Below, piece by piece: positions 23,426 to 31,981 of a stretch of DNA of 64,000 bases. The translations under genes and the position numbers were made by a program. Origin of the DNA: Alphaproteobacteria bacterium. GTDB lineage: Bacteria; Pseudomonadota; Alphaproteobacteria; JACAEB01. Location of the stretch: the NCBI GenBank assembly GCA_024236075.1, contig JACKLE010000001.1, forward strand, positions 450,440 to 514,439, given 5' to 3'. A model generated the notes under the pieces. The model had not been told where the DNA came from and did not search any database. It saw nothing but the letters and a program-made list of their open reading frames with translations. Numbering within the stretch: position 1 is the first letter of the stretch; each line of letters opens with the position of its first letter.

Positions 23426-24886
23426 TCATTCCGCGGCCGCTGTCTCGGCCTCTTCCTCCTGCGCGGCCTCGGCCTTGGCCTGGAGGTAGCGATGGATCTC
23501 GCGCGCCGCGTCGCGTCCGTCGCGGATCGCCCAGACGACGAGCGAGGCGCCGCGCACGATGTCGCCGGCGGCGAAGACGCCGTCGAGGCTCGTCATCATG
23601 GTACGGATGTCCGTCTGGAGCGTGCCCCAGCGCGAGACCTTGAGCGCGCTCTCGCCGAAAAGGGCGGGAAGATCCTCCGGATCGAAGCCCAGCGCCTTGA
23701 TGACGAGATCGGCGGCATGAGTGACTTCCGAGCCCGGGATCTCCTCCGGCGTCTGACGGCCGGAGGCGTCGGGGAGCCCGAGGCGCATGCGCACCGCGCG
23801 CACGCCCTCGACGCGCTCGCGGCCGGTCATGGCGCGCGGCGCCGAGAGCCAGACGAACTCGACGCCTTCCTCCTCGGCGTTCGCAACCTCGCGCATGGAG
23901 CCCGGCATGTTGTCGCGGTCGCGCCGGTAGAGGCATTTGACGGATTTCGCGCCCTGCCGCACGGCGGTGCGCACGCAGTCCATCGCCGTGTCGCCGCCGC
24001 CGACGACGACGACGTTCTTGCCCTTGGCGTCGAGCGTGCCGTCGTCGAAGGCCGGCACCTCGTCGCCGAGCCCCTTGCGGTTCGACGCGGTGAGGAAGGT
24101 CATCGCCGGCCAGATGCCGGCAAGGCCGATGCCCGGCACCTTGAGATCGCGCGCCTCGTAGACGCCCGTGGCGACGAGGAGCGCGTCGTGGCGCGCGCGC
24201 AGCTCCGGGAAGGTGCCGTCGCGCCCGACCTCGAACTCGAGGTGGAACGTGACGCCGCTCGCGACGAGGCGCTCGGCGCGCCGCGTCACGATCTCCTTTT
24301 CCAGCTTGAAGTTCGGGATGCCGTAGATGAGAAGCCCGCCGACGCGGTCGTAACGGTCGTAGACATGCACCTCGTAGCCCTTGCGGCGCAGCTCCTCGGC
24401 GGCGGCGAGCCCGGCCGGCCCCGCGCCGACGATGCCCACCGACTGGCCGCGCTCGATCCGTGGGCTGATGGGCTTCACCCAGCCGTTGGCCCAGGCGGTG
24501 TCGGTGATGTAGGCCTCCACGGCGCCGATCGTCACCGTTCCGTGTCCGGACTGCTCGATCACGCAATTGCCTTCGCAGAGCCGGTCCTGCGGACAGATGC
24601 GGCCGCACACCTCGGGCATGTTGTTGGTGGCGGCGGAGACCTCGTAGGCCTCCTCGAGCCGGCCTTCCGCGACGAGCTTCAGCCAGTCGGGAATGTTGTT
24701 CTGGACCGGGCAATGGACCTGGCAGAACGGCACGCCGCATTGCGAGCAGCGCGAGGCCTGCTCGGCCGCCTTGGCGGTCACGAAGGTCTTGTAGATCTCG
24801 TCGAAATCGCCGATCCGCGCGCCGGCGTCGCGCTTCTCGGGCGTCTGCTTCGCGACCTTCACGAAGGTGAGCATGCGTTGTGCCAT
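23426..24886 (-). CDS. gltD: Glutamate synthase small subunit (NADPH)
   Basis: Start reset to MAQRMLTF (ATG 24884-24886). Fe-S Cys motifs (CSQCGVPFCQVHCP, CGRICP), FAD/NADPH Rossmann motifs (VGIVGAGPAGLAAA, VVVVGGGDTAMD). Confidence 0.95.
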   Translation of the reverse strand: MAQRMLTFVKVAKQTPEKRDAGARIGDFDEIYKTFVTAKAAEQASRCSQCGVPFCQVHCPVQNNIPDWLKLVAEGRLEEAYEVSAATNNMPEVCGRICPQDRLCEGNCVIEQSGHGTVTIGAVEAYITDTAWANGWVKPISPRIERGQSVGIVGAGPAGLAAAEELRRKGYEVHVYDRYDRVGGLLIYGIPNFKLEKEIVTRRAERLVASGVTFHLEFEVGRDGTFPELRARHDALLVATGVYEARDLKVPGIGLAGIWPAMTFLTASNRKGLGDEVPAFDDGTLDAKGKNVVVVGGGDTAMDCVRTAVRQGAKSVKCLYRRDRDNMPGSMREVANAEEEGVEFVWLSAPRAMTGRERVEGVRAVRMRLGLPDASGRQTPEEIPGSEVTHAADLVIKALGFDPEDLPALFGESALKVSRWGTLQTDIRTMMTSLDGVFAAGDIVRGASLVVWAIRDGRDAAREIHRYLQAKAEAAQEEEAETAAAE

Positions 24887-25380
24887 GCGCGGGTCCACTC
24901 GCTCTCTGGTTCGGGGCGCGGCCGCACGGTCGACGGAGTTACGCTCGACCCGGTCGCGCCCCGAGGGTGATGGCCCCCGGTTCGCGCACGCCGTCGCGGG
25001 GGCGGTCCTCACATCCTCATGGGGCGGTCCTAGGCTGTCCTGACACACGCCGGAGCGGGTCCGGGGACCGTCCGAAAGAAGGGTCAGGCGGGGGCGCAGC
25101 CATCCGTTCGGCAACACTGACGCGCCGCCGGACCTGGGAATATCTAGCACGGGCGGGCGAGGGAATCCAGCGTTAGGACAGATAAATTGTCCTTTTCCCG
25201 AGGGGCCGCTTCCCGGGTGGAGCCGAGGGACGCGGCCTGTGCATAAAATAGGTCAGTAATGCTTACAAATGCGTCGCGAATCCGCGGCGCGCCTGGCTTG
25301 CGCCGGCATTAACCATCGCCGGCGGCGGGGATGGTATAAGGCCCCCTCCAGTCTCCTCCCGCGCCGAGGCGAAAATCCCC

Positions 25381-26190
25381 GTGCTTAGCCTCGAGCAGCT
25401 CGTCATCCTTGCCCTCGTTCAGGGCGTCGCCGAAATCCTGCCCGTCTCGGTCTCGGCGCACCGCGTCGTGCCGACCGAGATCCTGGGCTGGCCCCAGCAG
25501 GGCCCGCTCTTCGACCTCGCCCTCCATCTCGGCACGCTCATGGCGGTCTGCGTCCATTTCCGCAAGGACGCCGCGGCGATCGCGCGGGGCGCCCTCAAGA
25601 CCGCGCGGGGCCGCCTCACGCCCGACAGCCGCCTCTTCCTGCAGCTCGCGCTCGCGACCGTCCCGATGGCGATCTTCGCCGGGCTGGTCGGGGCGCTCGA
25701 TCTCGCCGCCGCCCTGCGATCGGCGGAGTTCGTCGGCTGGACCTGCGTCCTCTTCGGCCTCGCGCTCATGGAGGCGGACCGGATCGGCCTCAGGATGAAG
25801 CGCATGGAGGAGATGACCTTCAAGGGCGCCGGGGTCGCCGGCCTCCTTCAGCTCGCCGCGCTCCTTCCGGGCGTCAGCCGCACGGGCATCGCCATGACCG
25901 CCGGCCGCTTCCTCGGCTACGAGCGCTCAGAGGCCTCGCGCTTCGCGATGCTGATGTCGATCCCGGTCTCGGGCGCGCTCGCCCTTGCGGCGGCGGCGAG
26001 GCTTCTGGCCGAGGGCGGCGCGGTGCTCCGGGGGGAGGCCCTCGTGGTGGGCGCCGTCTCGTTTCTCGCCGCCTATGGCGCGATCCGGTGGTTCATGGCG
26101 TTCGTCGACCGCATCGGCTTCCTGCCCTTCGCGGTCTACCGCCTCCTGCTCGGCGCGGGGCTCCTCGCCTACGCCTATGTCCTCGCCTGA
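25381..26190 (+). CDS. uppP: Undecaprenyl-diphosphate phosphatase
   Basis: Polytopic 269 aa with BacA/UppP motifs (GVAEILPVSVSAH, PGVSRTGIAMTAG). GTG start. Confidence 0.9.
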   Translation: MLSLEQLVILALVQGVAEILPVSVSAHRVVPTEILGWPQQGPLFDLALHLGTLMAVCVHFRKDAAAIARGALKTARGRLTPDSRLFLQLALATVPMAIFAGLVGALDLAAALRSAEFVGWTCVLFGLALMEADRIGLRMKRMEEMTFKGAGVAGLLQLAALLPGVSRTGIAMTAGRFLGYERSEASRFAMLMSIPVSGALALAAAARLLAEGGAVLRGEALVVGAVSFLAAYGAIRWFMAFVDRIGFLPFAVYRLLLGAGLLAYAYVLA

Positions 26191-26200
26191 GGCGCCGCGA

Positions 26201-27181
26201 TCAGGCCGGGCTCGCCTCGAACTGTCCGCCCTTGCGGTAGCGCCAGAGATAGCTCTCGACGATCGCCTCCGGCGCCGCGGGGCGCGCTATGCCGAGATCG
26301 GCCAGCGTGCCGACGCCGTCGCCCGAAGATCCGACCACGTTGTCGCTCTCGAGGAGGCGGATCTCGTCGACGGTGATGGGGGGCGCGATGCCGGCGAAGC
26401 GCGTGGGGCTGAGCTCGGCGAGCGCCGCCGCGAGATAGGCGAAGGGCAGCGGGGTGGGGACGAGCAGCCGCTTGCGGTGCGTCACCTCGAGGATGAGCTC
26501 GAGGACCTCCTTGAAGGTCATGACCCGCGGGCCGCCGAGCTCGTAGATGCGCCCGCGCGCCTCGGCGCCGAGCGCCGCCAGGACGGCCGCCGCCACGTCG
26601 CTCACATAGACCGGCTGGAAGCGCGTCCGGCCGCCCGCGATGAGGGGCAGGGCGGGCAGATAGCGCGCGAGATTGGCGAAGCGGTTGAAGAACTCGTCCT
26701 CGGGCCCGAAGACGACCGAGGGGCGCAGAACGGCCGCGCTCGGAAGGATCGCGCGCACCGCCGCCTCGCCGTCCCCCTTGGTGCGCGCATAGGCGGAGGC
26801 GGCCTTCTGATCGGCGCCGATCGCGGAGACGTGGACGAGCCGGTCGATCCCCGCGGCGCCGGCGAGGCGCGCGACGCGCTCGGCGCCGTCTGCGTGGATC
26901 GCGGCGAAGCGCTGTCCCCCCGCCTCCTGGAGGATGCCCACGAGGTTCACCGCGGCATGCGAGCGCTCGAGAAGGCGCGCAAGGCTCTCCTCGTCCCGGA
27001 TGTCCGCGCGCACGAGGTCGATCTGCCCGACGGCGCCCATCGGCCGCAGGAACTGCGCGAGATTGGGGCGCCGGCAGGCGGCGCGGATGCGATAGCCGGC
27101 GCGGGCGAGCGCGCGCACTACATGCCGTCCGAGGAAGCCGGACGCGCCGAGCACGGTGACGATTTCGTCGCGGATCGCCAT
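26201..27181 (-). CDS. NAD(P)H-binding SDR-like protein, complex I NDUFA9-subunit family
   Basis: Start reset to MAIRDEIVTVLGASGFLGRHVV (Rossmann GxxGxxG). The rest matches atypical SDR/NDUFA9-like proteins. An alternative ATG lies at 27193. Confidence 0.8.
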   Translation of the reverse strand: MAIRDEIVTVLGASGFLGRHVVRALARAGYRIRAACRRPNLAQFLRPMGAVGQIDLVRADIRDEESLARLLERSHAAVNLVGILQEAGGQRFAAIHADGAERVARLAGAAGIDRLVHVSAIGADQKAASAYARTKGDGEAAVRAILPSAAVLRPSVVFGPEDEFFNRFANLARYLPALPLIAGGRTRFQPVYVSDVAAAVLAALGAEARGRIYELGGPRVMTFKEVLELILEVTHRKRLLVPTPLPFAYLAAALAELSPTRFAGIAPPITVDEIRLLESDNVVGSSGDGVGTLADLGIARPAAPEAIVESYLWRYRKGGQFEASPA

Positions 27182-27290
27182 GTGGGCCCCCATGCGCGCT
27201 TTCAGGTCGTCGAGCGCGGGGGATACACGGTTTGCGCGGGCCCGGCAATCGCGGCCGCCCGAGCGTGGTAGATCGCCTTGAACTCGGCTT

Positions 27291-27441
27291 GCGACGGGCG
27301 ACGCGAACCCTCCCCGCGCGACGCCCCCCCGGCTCGATCGGGGGGCCCAAAGCCGCCGCACGGTTGCGCGTCGTGGCTCTGGATTGCCCGGTCGAGCCGG
27401 GCAACGTCGCAAGTGGGGAGGTTCCGGACGAATTGGATCGG
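27291..27441 (+). repeat. ~150-nt intergenic repeat element, copy A
   Basis: Aligns by eye over about 150 nt with 49032-49182 in the same orientation. The two copies share an identical 34-nt core CTGGATTGCCCGGTCGAGCCGGGCAACGTCGCAAG. Two internal hairpins are present (CCCCCC..GGGGGG and TTGCCCGG-TCGA-GCCGGGCAA). Confidence 0.8.
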
Positions 27442-27532
27442 TCTGCCACTCGCCCGGGCGCGAGTCCGTCTGCGGCCGATTGACTTCACGCCGTGCCCCG
27501 AGGCACTTTCCGCACCTCGCGAGGAGCCCCTC

Positions 27533-27619
27533 GCCCAGGTGGCGGAACTGGTAGACGCGCTAGCTTCAGGTGCTAGTGACCTAACGGTCGTGGAGGTTCG
27601 AGTCCTCTCCTGGGCACCA
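27533..27619 (+). tRNA. tRNA-Leu (anticodon CAG)
   Basis: Acceptor GCCCAGG/CCTGGGC, anticodon stem CTAGC/GCTAG with loop TTCAGGT, a long variable arm, T arm GGAGG-TTCGAGT-CCTCT, and an encoded CCA. Length 87 nt. Confidence 0.92.
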
Positions 27620-27692
27620 CGCTTCGCTCTGCGGGCACCGCACGGCGCGGCCGGGTTGCGCCCGGGGCGGGCGTGCCGTAGAGACGGCAATC

Positions 27693-28304
27693 ATGGCGAT
27701 CACCGTCCACAGGGGCGATCTTCCCGCCCACGTCCAATTCTCCGGCATCGTCGCGGTCGACACCGAGACGCTGGGGCTGAAGCCCCGGCGCGACCGGCTC
27801 TGCCTCGTGCAGCTTTCGGACGGCGACGGTTCTGCCCATATCGTCCAGCTCGCCGCGGGAGCCTATGCGGCGCCGAACCTCAAGGCGCTTCTCGCCGATC
27901 CCGAGACGGTGAAGCTCTTCCACTATGCGCGCTTCGACGTCGCGGTCCTGAAACAGTATCTCGGCGTCGTCGCGGCGCCGCTCTACTGCACCAAGATCGC
28001 CTCCAAGCTCGTGCGCACCTACACCGACCGCCACGGGCTCAAGGATCTCGTGAAGGAGCTCCTCAACATCGACCTCTCCAAGCAGCAGCAGAGCTCGGAC
28101 TGGGCCGCCTCGGAGCTCAGCGAGGCGCAGATCGCCTACGCCGCCTCGGACGTTCTGCACCTGCATGCCCTGAAGGCGAAGCTCGACGAGATGCTCGCCC
28201 GCGAGGGGCGCGCGGGCCTTGCCGAGGCCGCCTTCGGCTTCGTGCCCGTCAGGGCCGAGCTCGATCTCCTCGGCTTCGAGGACGACGATATCTTCATCCA
28301 TTGA
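27693..28304 (+). CDS. rnd: Ribonuclease D (short 3'-5' exonuclease form)
   Basis: DEDD exonuclease motifs (VAVDTETLGL, LFHYARFDVAVL, YAASDVLHL). 203 aa. Confidence 0.85.
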   Translation: MAITVHRGDLPAHVQFSGIVAVDTETLGLKPRRDRLCLVQLSDGDGSAHIVQLAAGAYAAPNLKALLADPETVKLFHYARFDVAVLKQYLGVVAAPLYCTKIASKLVRTYTDRHGLKDLVKELLNIDLSKQQQSSDWAASELSEAQIAYAASDVLHLHALKAKLDEMLAREGRAGLAEAAFGFVPVRAELDLLGFEDDDIFIH

Positions 28305-28556
28305 GGCGCCGAATCGGGGGCAAGGCGGCCGTCGCGGGGGCTGCGGCATCCTGCTATTGTGAATTGTCCGCCATTGACCTTATGGTCCCGCGCCTCACGT
28401 CCTTGAGGCCGCGCGGCGCCTCGGGAATCGGGCTTGCGGGGGCTTTCGGGAGCGATAGAGGCGGCACTTGAGAGTTTGGCGGGTCGAGTTTGCGTCAGGG
28501 TCGGGCGGAGCCCCCGGGGGCCGGCCCGCCGATAAAGGGGATACGTCGGAGTCGCG

Positions 28557-29621
28557 ATGACCCTAGCCGACGAGCCAGCGAGCAAGACCCGCGCCGCCGC
28601 GAACGGCGCCGCCCTCGCGCGCCATGTGGATGCCGACATCGCGGCGGGGCGCAAGGTGCTGACGCTGGAGGCGAGCGCCCTCCAGTCGCTCGCCGAGGCG
28701 CTGGACCGGAGCTTCGCCGAGGCCGTCGAGGCCCTCCTCAAGGTCAAGGGCCGCGTCATCGTGTCGGGCATGGGCAAGAGCGGGCACGTGGCGCGCAAGC
28801 TCGCCGCGACGCTCGCCTCGACCGGCACGCCGGCCCAGTTCGTCCATCCCGCCGAGGCGAGCCACGGCGATCTCGGCATGATCATGGCCGACGATGCCGT
28901 GATCGCGCTCTCCAATTCGGGCGAGACGCGAGAGCTCTCCGACCTCATCGCCCATGCGCATCTGAGGGGCATTCCGCTCATCGCCGTGTCGAGCCGCGCG
29001 GGCTCGAGCCTCGTTCAGGCGGCTGATATCGGGCTCGTGCTGCCCGCGGCCAAGGAGGCCTGCCCCAACGGCCTCGCGCCCACGACCTCGACGACGATGA
29101 TGCTAGCCCTCGGCGACGCGCTCGCCGTGGCGCTCATGACGCGGCGCGGCTTCTCGCCGGACGATTATCGCGTCCTGCACCCCGGCGGCTCGCTCGGCCA
29201 GGCGCTGCAGCGCGTCTCGAGCCTCATGCATGTGGGCGAGGCGATGCCGCTCGTGGCCGAGGACGCGCCGATGCCCGACGTCCTCATCGCGATTTCCTCG
29301 AAGGGCTTCGGGTGCACGGGCGTCGTGGACGGGAAGGGGCTTCTCGTCGGCATCATCACGGACGGCGACCTGCGCCGGCACGTCGGGCGCGATCTCATGG
29401 ACCGCAGCGCCGCCGAGATCATGACCCACGGGCCGAAGACCGTCCCCGACACCATGCTCGCGGTCGAGGCCCTGCGTCTCATGACCAAGGGCCGGCCGGC
29501 GATCACGAGCCTCTTCGTGGTGGCCGCCGCCGACACCGAGGGCAGGCCCCTGGGATTCCTCCACATGCACGACCTCATTCGCGCGGGCATCGATCCGCCG
29601 CGGCCGGGGGAGGAGGGCTGA
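28557..29621 (+). CDS. kpsF: Arabinose-5-phosphate isomerase (KpsF/GutQ family; SIS + CBS domains)
   Basis: SIS motif (VIVSGMGKSGHVARKLAATLASTGTPA) and tandem CBS-like C-terminus. GGAG lies 6 nt upstream of the ATG. Confidence 0.88.
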   Translation: MTLADEPASKTRAAANGAALARHVDADIAAGRKVLTLEASALQSLAEALDRSFAEAVEALLKVKGRVIVSGMGKSGHVARKLAATLASTGTPAQFVHPAEASHGDLGMIMADDAVIALSNSGETRELSDLIAHAHLRGIPLIAVSSRAGSSLVQAADIGLVLPAAKEACPNGLAPTTSTTMMLALGDALAVALMTRRGFSPDDYRVLHPGGSLGQALQRVSSLMHVGEAMPLVAEDAPMPDVLIAISSKGFGCTGVVDGKGLLVGIITDGDLRRHVGRDLMDRSAAEIMTHGPKTVPDTMLAVEALRLMTKGRPAITSLFVVAAADTEGRPLGFLHMHDLIRAGIDPPRPGEEG

Positions 29622-30379
29622 TGGCGCGCCCTTGCCTCACCCCCGCGGCCGCCGGCGCGGCGGGCACGATCGTCGGCGGGCGCGCCGGTCCGCGCGGCGA
29701 GCGCAGCTTCGTCAGGTCTCAGAAGGGCGCCCGCGTCAGCGCCGCGGCGGTCGAGCGCTATTCGCGCTTCGTCGACCTCCTGAAGGTGCTGCTGCCGGCC
29801 TTCGCGGTGGCGCTGGTGGCGGTCGTCGCGCTCTTCGCGGTCGGCCACCGGCCCGAAAACGTCCTCACCGTGCAGTTCGAGAAGATGGTGGAGCGTCTGG
29901 AGGACGATCTCACCATGTTCGGGCCGCGCTTCCGGGGCGTCGACTCCGCCAATCGCCCGTTCCTCGTCTCGGCCGCGCGCGCCCGCCAGGAGCCTGGAAA
30001 GACCGACGCGGCCTATCTCGAGGACGTCTCCGCCGAGATGCTTTTCGCCGACCGGCCCGATCTGGGCCGCGTGCGCCTCACCGCCCGCGAGGGCGTCATC
30101 GAGAGCGCCACGAGCCGGCTGGAGCTGACCGGCGGCGTGCGCCTCGCCACCGGCGCGGGCGACAGCTTCGCGACCGAGGCCTTCTCGGTCGATCTCAAGG
30201 CGCGCCAGGGCGAGAGCCTCGGTCCCGTCGCGGGAGAGGGTCCGCTTGGTCGCGTGCGCGCGGACCGGCTCGTCATCGCGGAGGCGGGCCGCGTGATGCG
30301 CTTCGAGGGGCATGTGCGCACGGTCATCCATCGCGCGGAAGGGGCGGCGGGCATGAGGCCCGCGGCCGGCGTGCCTTGA
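29621..30379 (+). CDS. lptC: LPS export system protein LptC
   Basis: Its ATG overlaps the kpsF TGA (TGATG). It has one TM anchor followed by an OstA-like beta-jellyroll sequence, and it sits in the conserved position between kpsF and lptA. Confidence 0.75.
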   Translation: MARPCLTPAAAGAAGTIVGGRAGPRGERSFVRSQKGARVSAAAVERYSRFVDLLKVLLPAFAVALVAVVALFAVGHRPENVLTVQFEKMVERLEDDLTMFGPRFRGVDSANRPFLVSAARARQEPGKTDAAYLEDVSAEMLFADRPDLGRVRLTAREGVIESATSRLELTGGVRLATGAGDSFATEAFSVDLKARQGESLGPVAGEGPLGRVRADRLVIAEAGRVMRFEGHVRTVIHRAEGAAGMRPAAGVP

Positions 30380-31062
30380 GCCGCGCGCGCGTCATCGCCG
30401 CGGGCCTCGCGGCACTTTTCCTCGCGGCCGCCGCGCCGCCCGAGCCGCGCGCCAAGCCGGGAGGCGAGCTCGGCGGCATCGGCCGCGCGATCGCTCCGAA
30501 GACGGATCTTGCGGACGACCATGACGGGCGCGGCCCCAAGAGCGCGAAGAGCGGCGCCCTGGGCGGCGCCCCCGTCGACACCTCTGGCGACCTCGCGATC
30601 GAATCCGACACGCTCGAGGTCGCCCTCGATCAGAAGCTCGTCACCTTCTCGGGCAATGTGGACGCGACCCAGGGCGGCGTGCGCCTCAGGGCCGACCGCG
30701 TGAAGGCCTATTTCGCCGACGCCAAGGGCGCCAAGAAGCCGGCCGCGCCGGCGCCGGCGGGGGCCGCCGCCTTCGGGGACATCTCCCGCCTCGAGGCCGA
30801 GGGCAATGTGCGCGTCGCGACCGCGGGCGAGACCGCGCGGGGCGGGCGCGCCGTCTACGACGTCCCCGGCCAGCGCATCACGCTGCGCGACAACGTCGTC
30901 CTCACGGGGCGCGAGAGCGTCATCCGGAGCGAGGGGCTCGAGTTCAACCTCGCGACGGGCGTCATCAACCTCCTGAGCCCGGCCCCGACGGCCGGGGGGA
31001 GCGAAGGCGGGCGGGTGAAGGGCCTCTTCAAGACGCCCGGAACGGCGCCGGGCGGAGGCTAG
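30376..31062 (+). CDS. lptA: LPS transport periplasmic protein LptA (OstA-like)
   Basis: The candidate TTG start overlaps the lptC stop (TTGA). Signal peptide (VIAAGLAALFLAAAAP) and an OstA N-terminal-like repeat pattern (LAIESDTLEV...FSGNVDATQG...AEGNVRVA...LRDNVVLT). The start codon is uncertain. Confidence 0.7.
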   Translation: MSRARVIAAGLAALFLAAAAPPEPRAKPGGELGGIGRAIAPKTDLADDHDGRGPKSAKSGALGGAPVDTSGDLAIESDTLEVALDQKLVTFSGNVDATQGGVRLRADRVKAYFADAKGAKKPAAPAPAGAAAFGDISRLEAEGNVRVATAGETARGGRAVYDVPGQRITLRDNVVLTGRESVIRSEGLEFNLATGVINLLSPAPTAGGSEGGRVKGLFKTPGTAPGGG

Positions 31063-31141
31063 GCGCCCCGGGGGCGAGGGCGCGCGAGCCGCGCCATTCA
31101 AGGAATCTTAAGCGCAATCGGGTTCAATCGGGCGAGCGAAC

Positions 31142-31951
31142 ATGGAACGGATCGGACGAGACAGAGGCGGGGACAATCCGCACACCGACGAGCCAATGGA
31201 TCGCGGAATGCCACGGCTCGTCTCGCACTCGACGGGCCTGACCGTCAGCTCGATCGGCAAGAGCTACCGCAAGCGTCCGGTGGTGCGAGGCGTGAGCCTC
31301 ACCGTCGAGCGCGGGGAGGTCGTCGGCCTGCTCGGGCCCAACGGGGCCGGCAAGACGACGTGCTTCTACATGATCACCGGGCTCATCCCGGTGGACTACG
31401 GAGTGATCGAGCTCGACGGGCTCGACGTGACGAAGATGCCGATGTACCGCCGCGCGCGGCTCGGCATCGGATACCTGCCCCAGGAGGCGTCTATCTTCCG
31501 GGGGCTGACGGTTGAGGAGAATCTGAGGGCGGTGGTCGAGCTCGTGGAACGTCAGGAGGAGCGCCGGCAGGCGATGATCGACGATCTCCTCGCGGAGTTC
31601 TCGATCGAGTATCTGCGCCGGACCCCCGCGATCGCGCTCTCGGGCGGCGAGCGGCGCCGGGTCGAAATCGCGCGCGCCCTCGCGACCCAGCCGACCGTCA
31701 TGCTTCTCGACGAGCCCTTCGCGGGCATCGACCCCATCGCGGTCGGCGACATTCGCGACCTCGTCCATCACCTGAAGGATCGCGGCATCGGCGTTCTCGT
31801 CACGGACCACAACGTCCGCGAGACCCTCGATCTCATCGACCGCGCCTACATCATTCACGACGGCCAGGTTCTCATGGAGGGCAAGCCCTCCGAGATCCTC
31901 GGCAATGCCGATGTCCGCCGGGTTTATCTCGGGGACCGTTTCAGCCTGTGA
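31142..31951 (+). CDS. lptB: LPS export ABC transporter ATP-binding protein LptB
   Basis: Walker A (GPNGAGKTT), ABC signature (LSGGERRRVEIARAL) and Walker B (MLLDEPFAG). The true start may be ATG 31196 or 31208. Confidence 0.9.
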   Translation: MERIGRDRGGDNPHTDEPMDRGMPRLVSHSTGLTVSSIGKSYRKRPVVRGVSLTVERGEVVGLLGPNGAGKTTCFYMITGLIPVDYGVIELDGLDVTKMPMYRRARLGIGYLPQEASIFRGLTVEENLRAVVELVERQEERRQAMIDDLLAEFSIEYLRRTPAIALSGGERRRVEIARALATQPTVMLLDEPFAGIDPIAVGDIRDLVHHLKDRGIGVLVTDHNVRETLDLIDRAYIIHDGQVLMEGKPSEILGNADVRRVYLGDRFSL

Positions 31952-31981
31952 CGCGCAAGGCCCAGAGGGAGTGAGTTTGTT

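Noticed and set aside
28305-28556. A 250-nt gap between rnd and kpsF containing the 12-nt palindrome GCCCCCGGGGGC, considered as a regulatory RNA
   Set aside because: It is a single GC-only palindrome of a kind common in this genome. There is no second conserved element or recognisable motif, and the gap is most simply the kpsF-lptCAB-rpoN promoter region.
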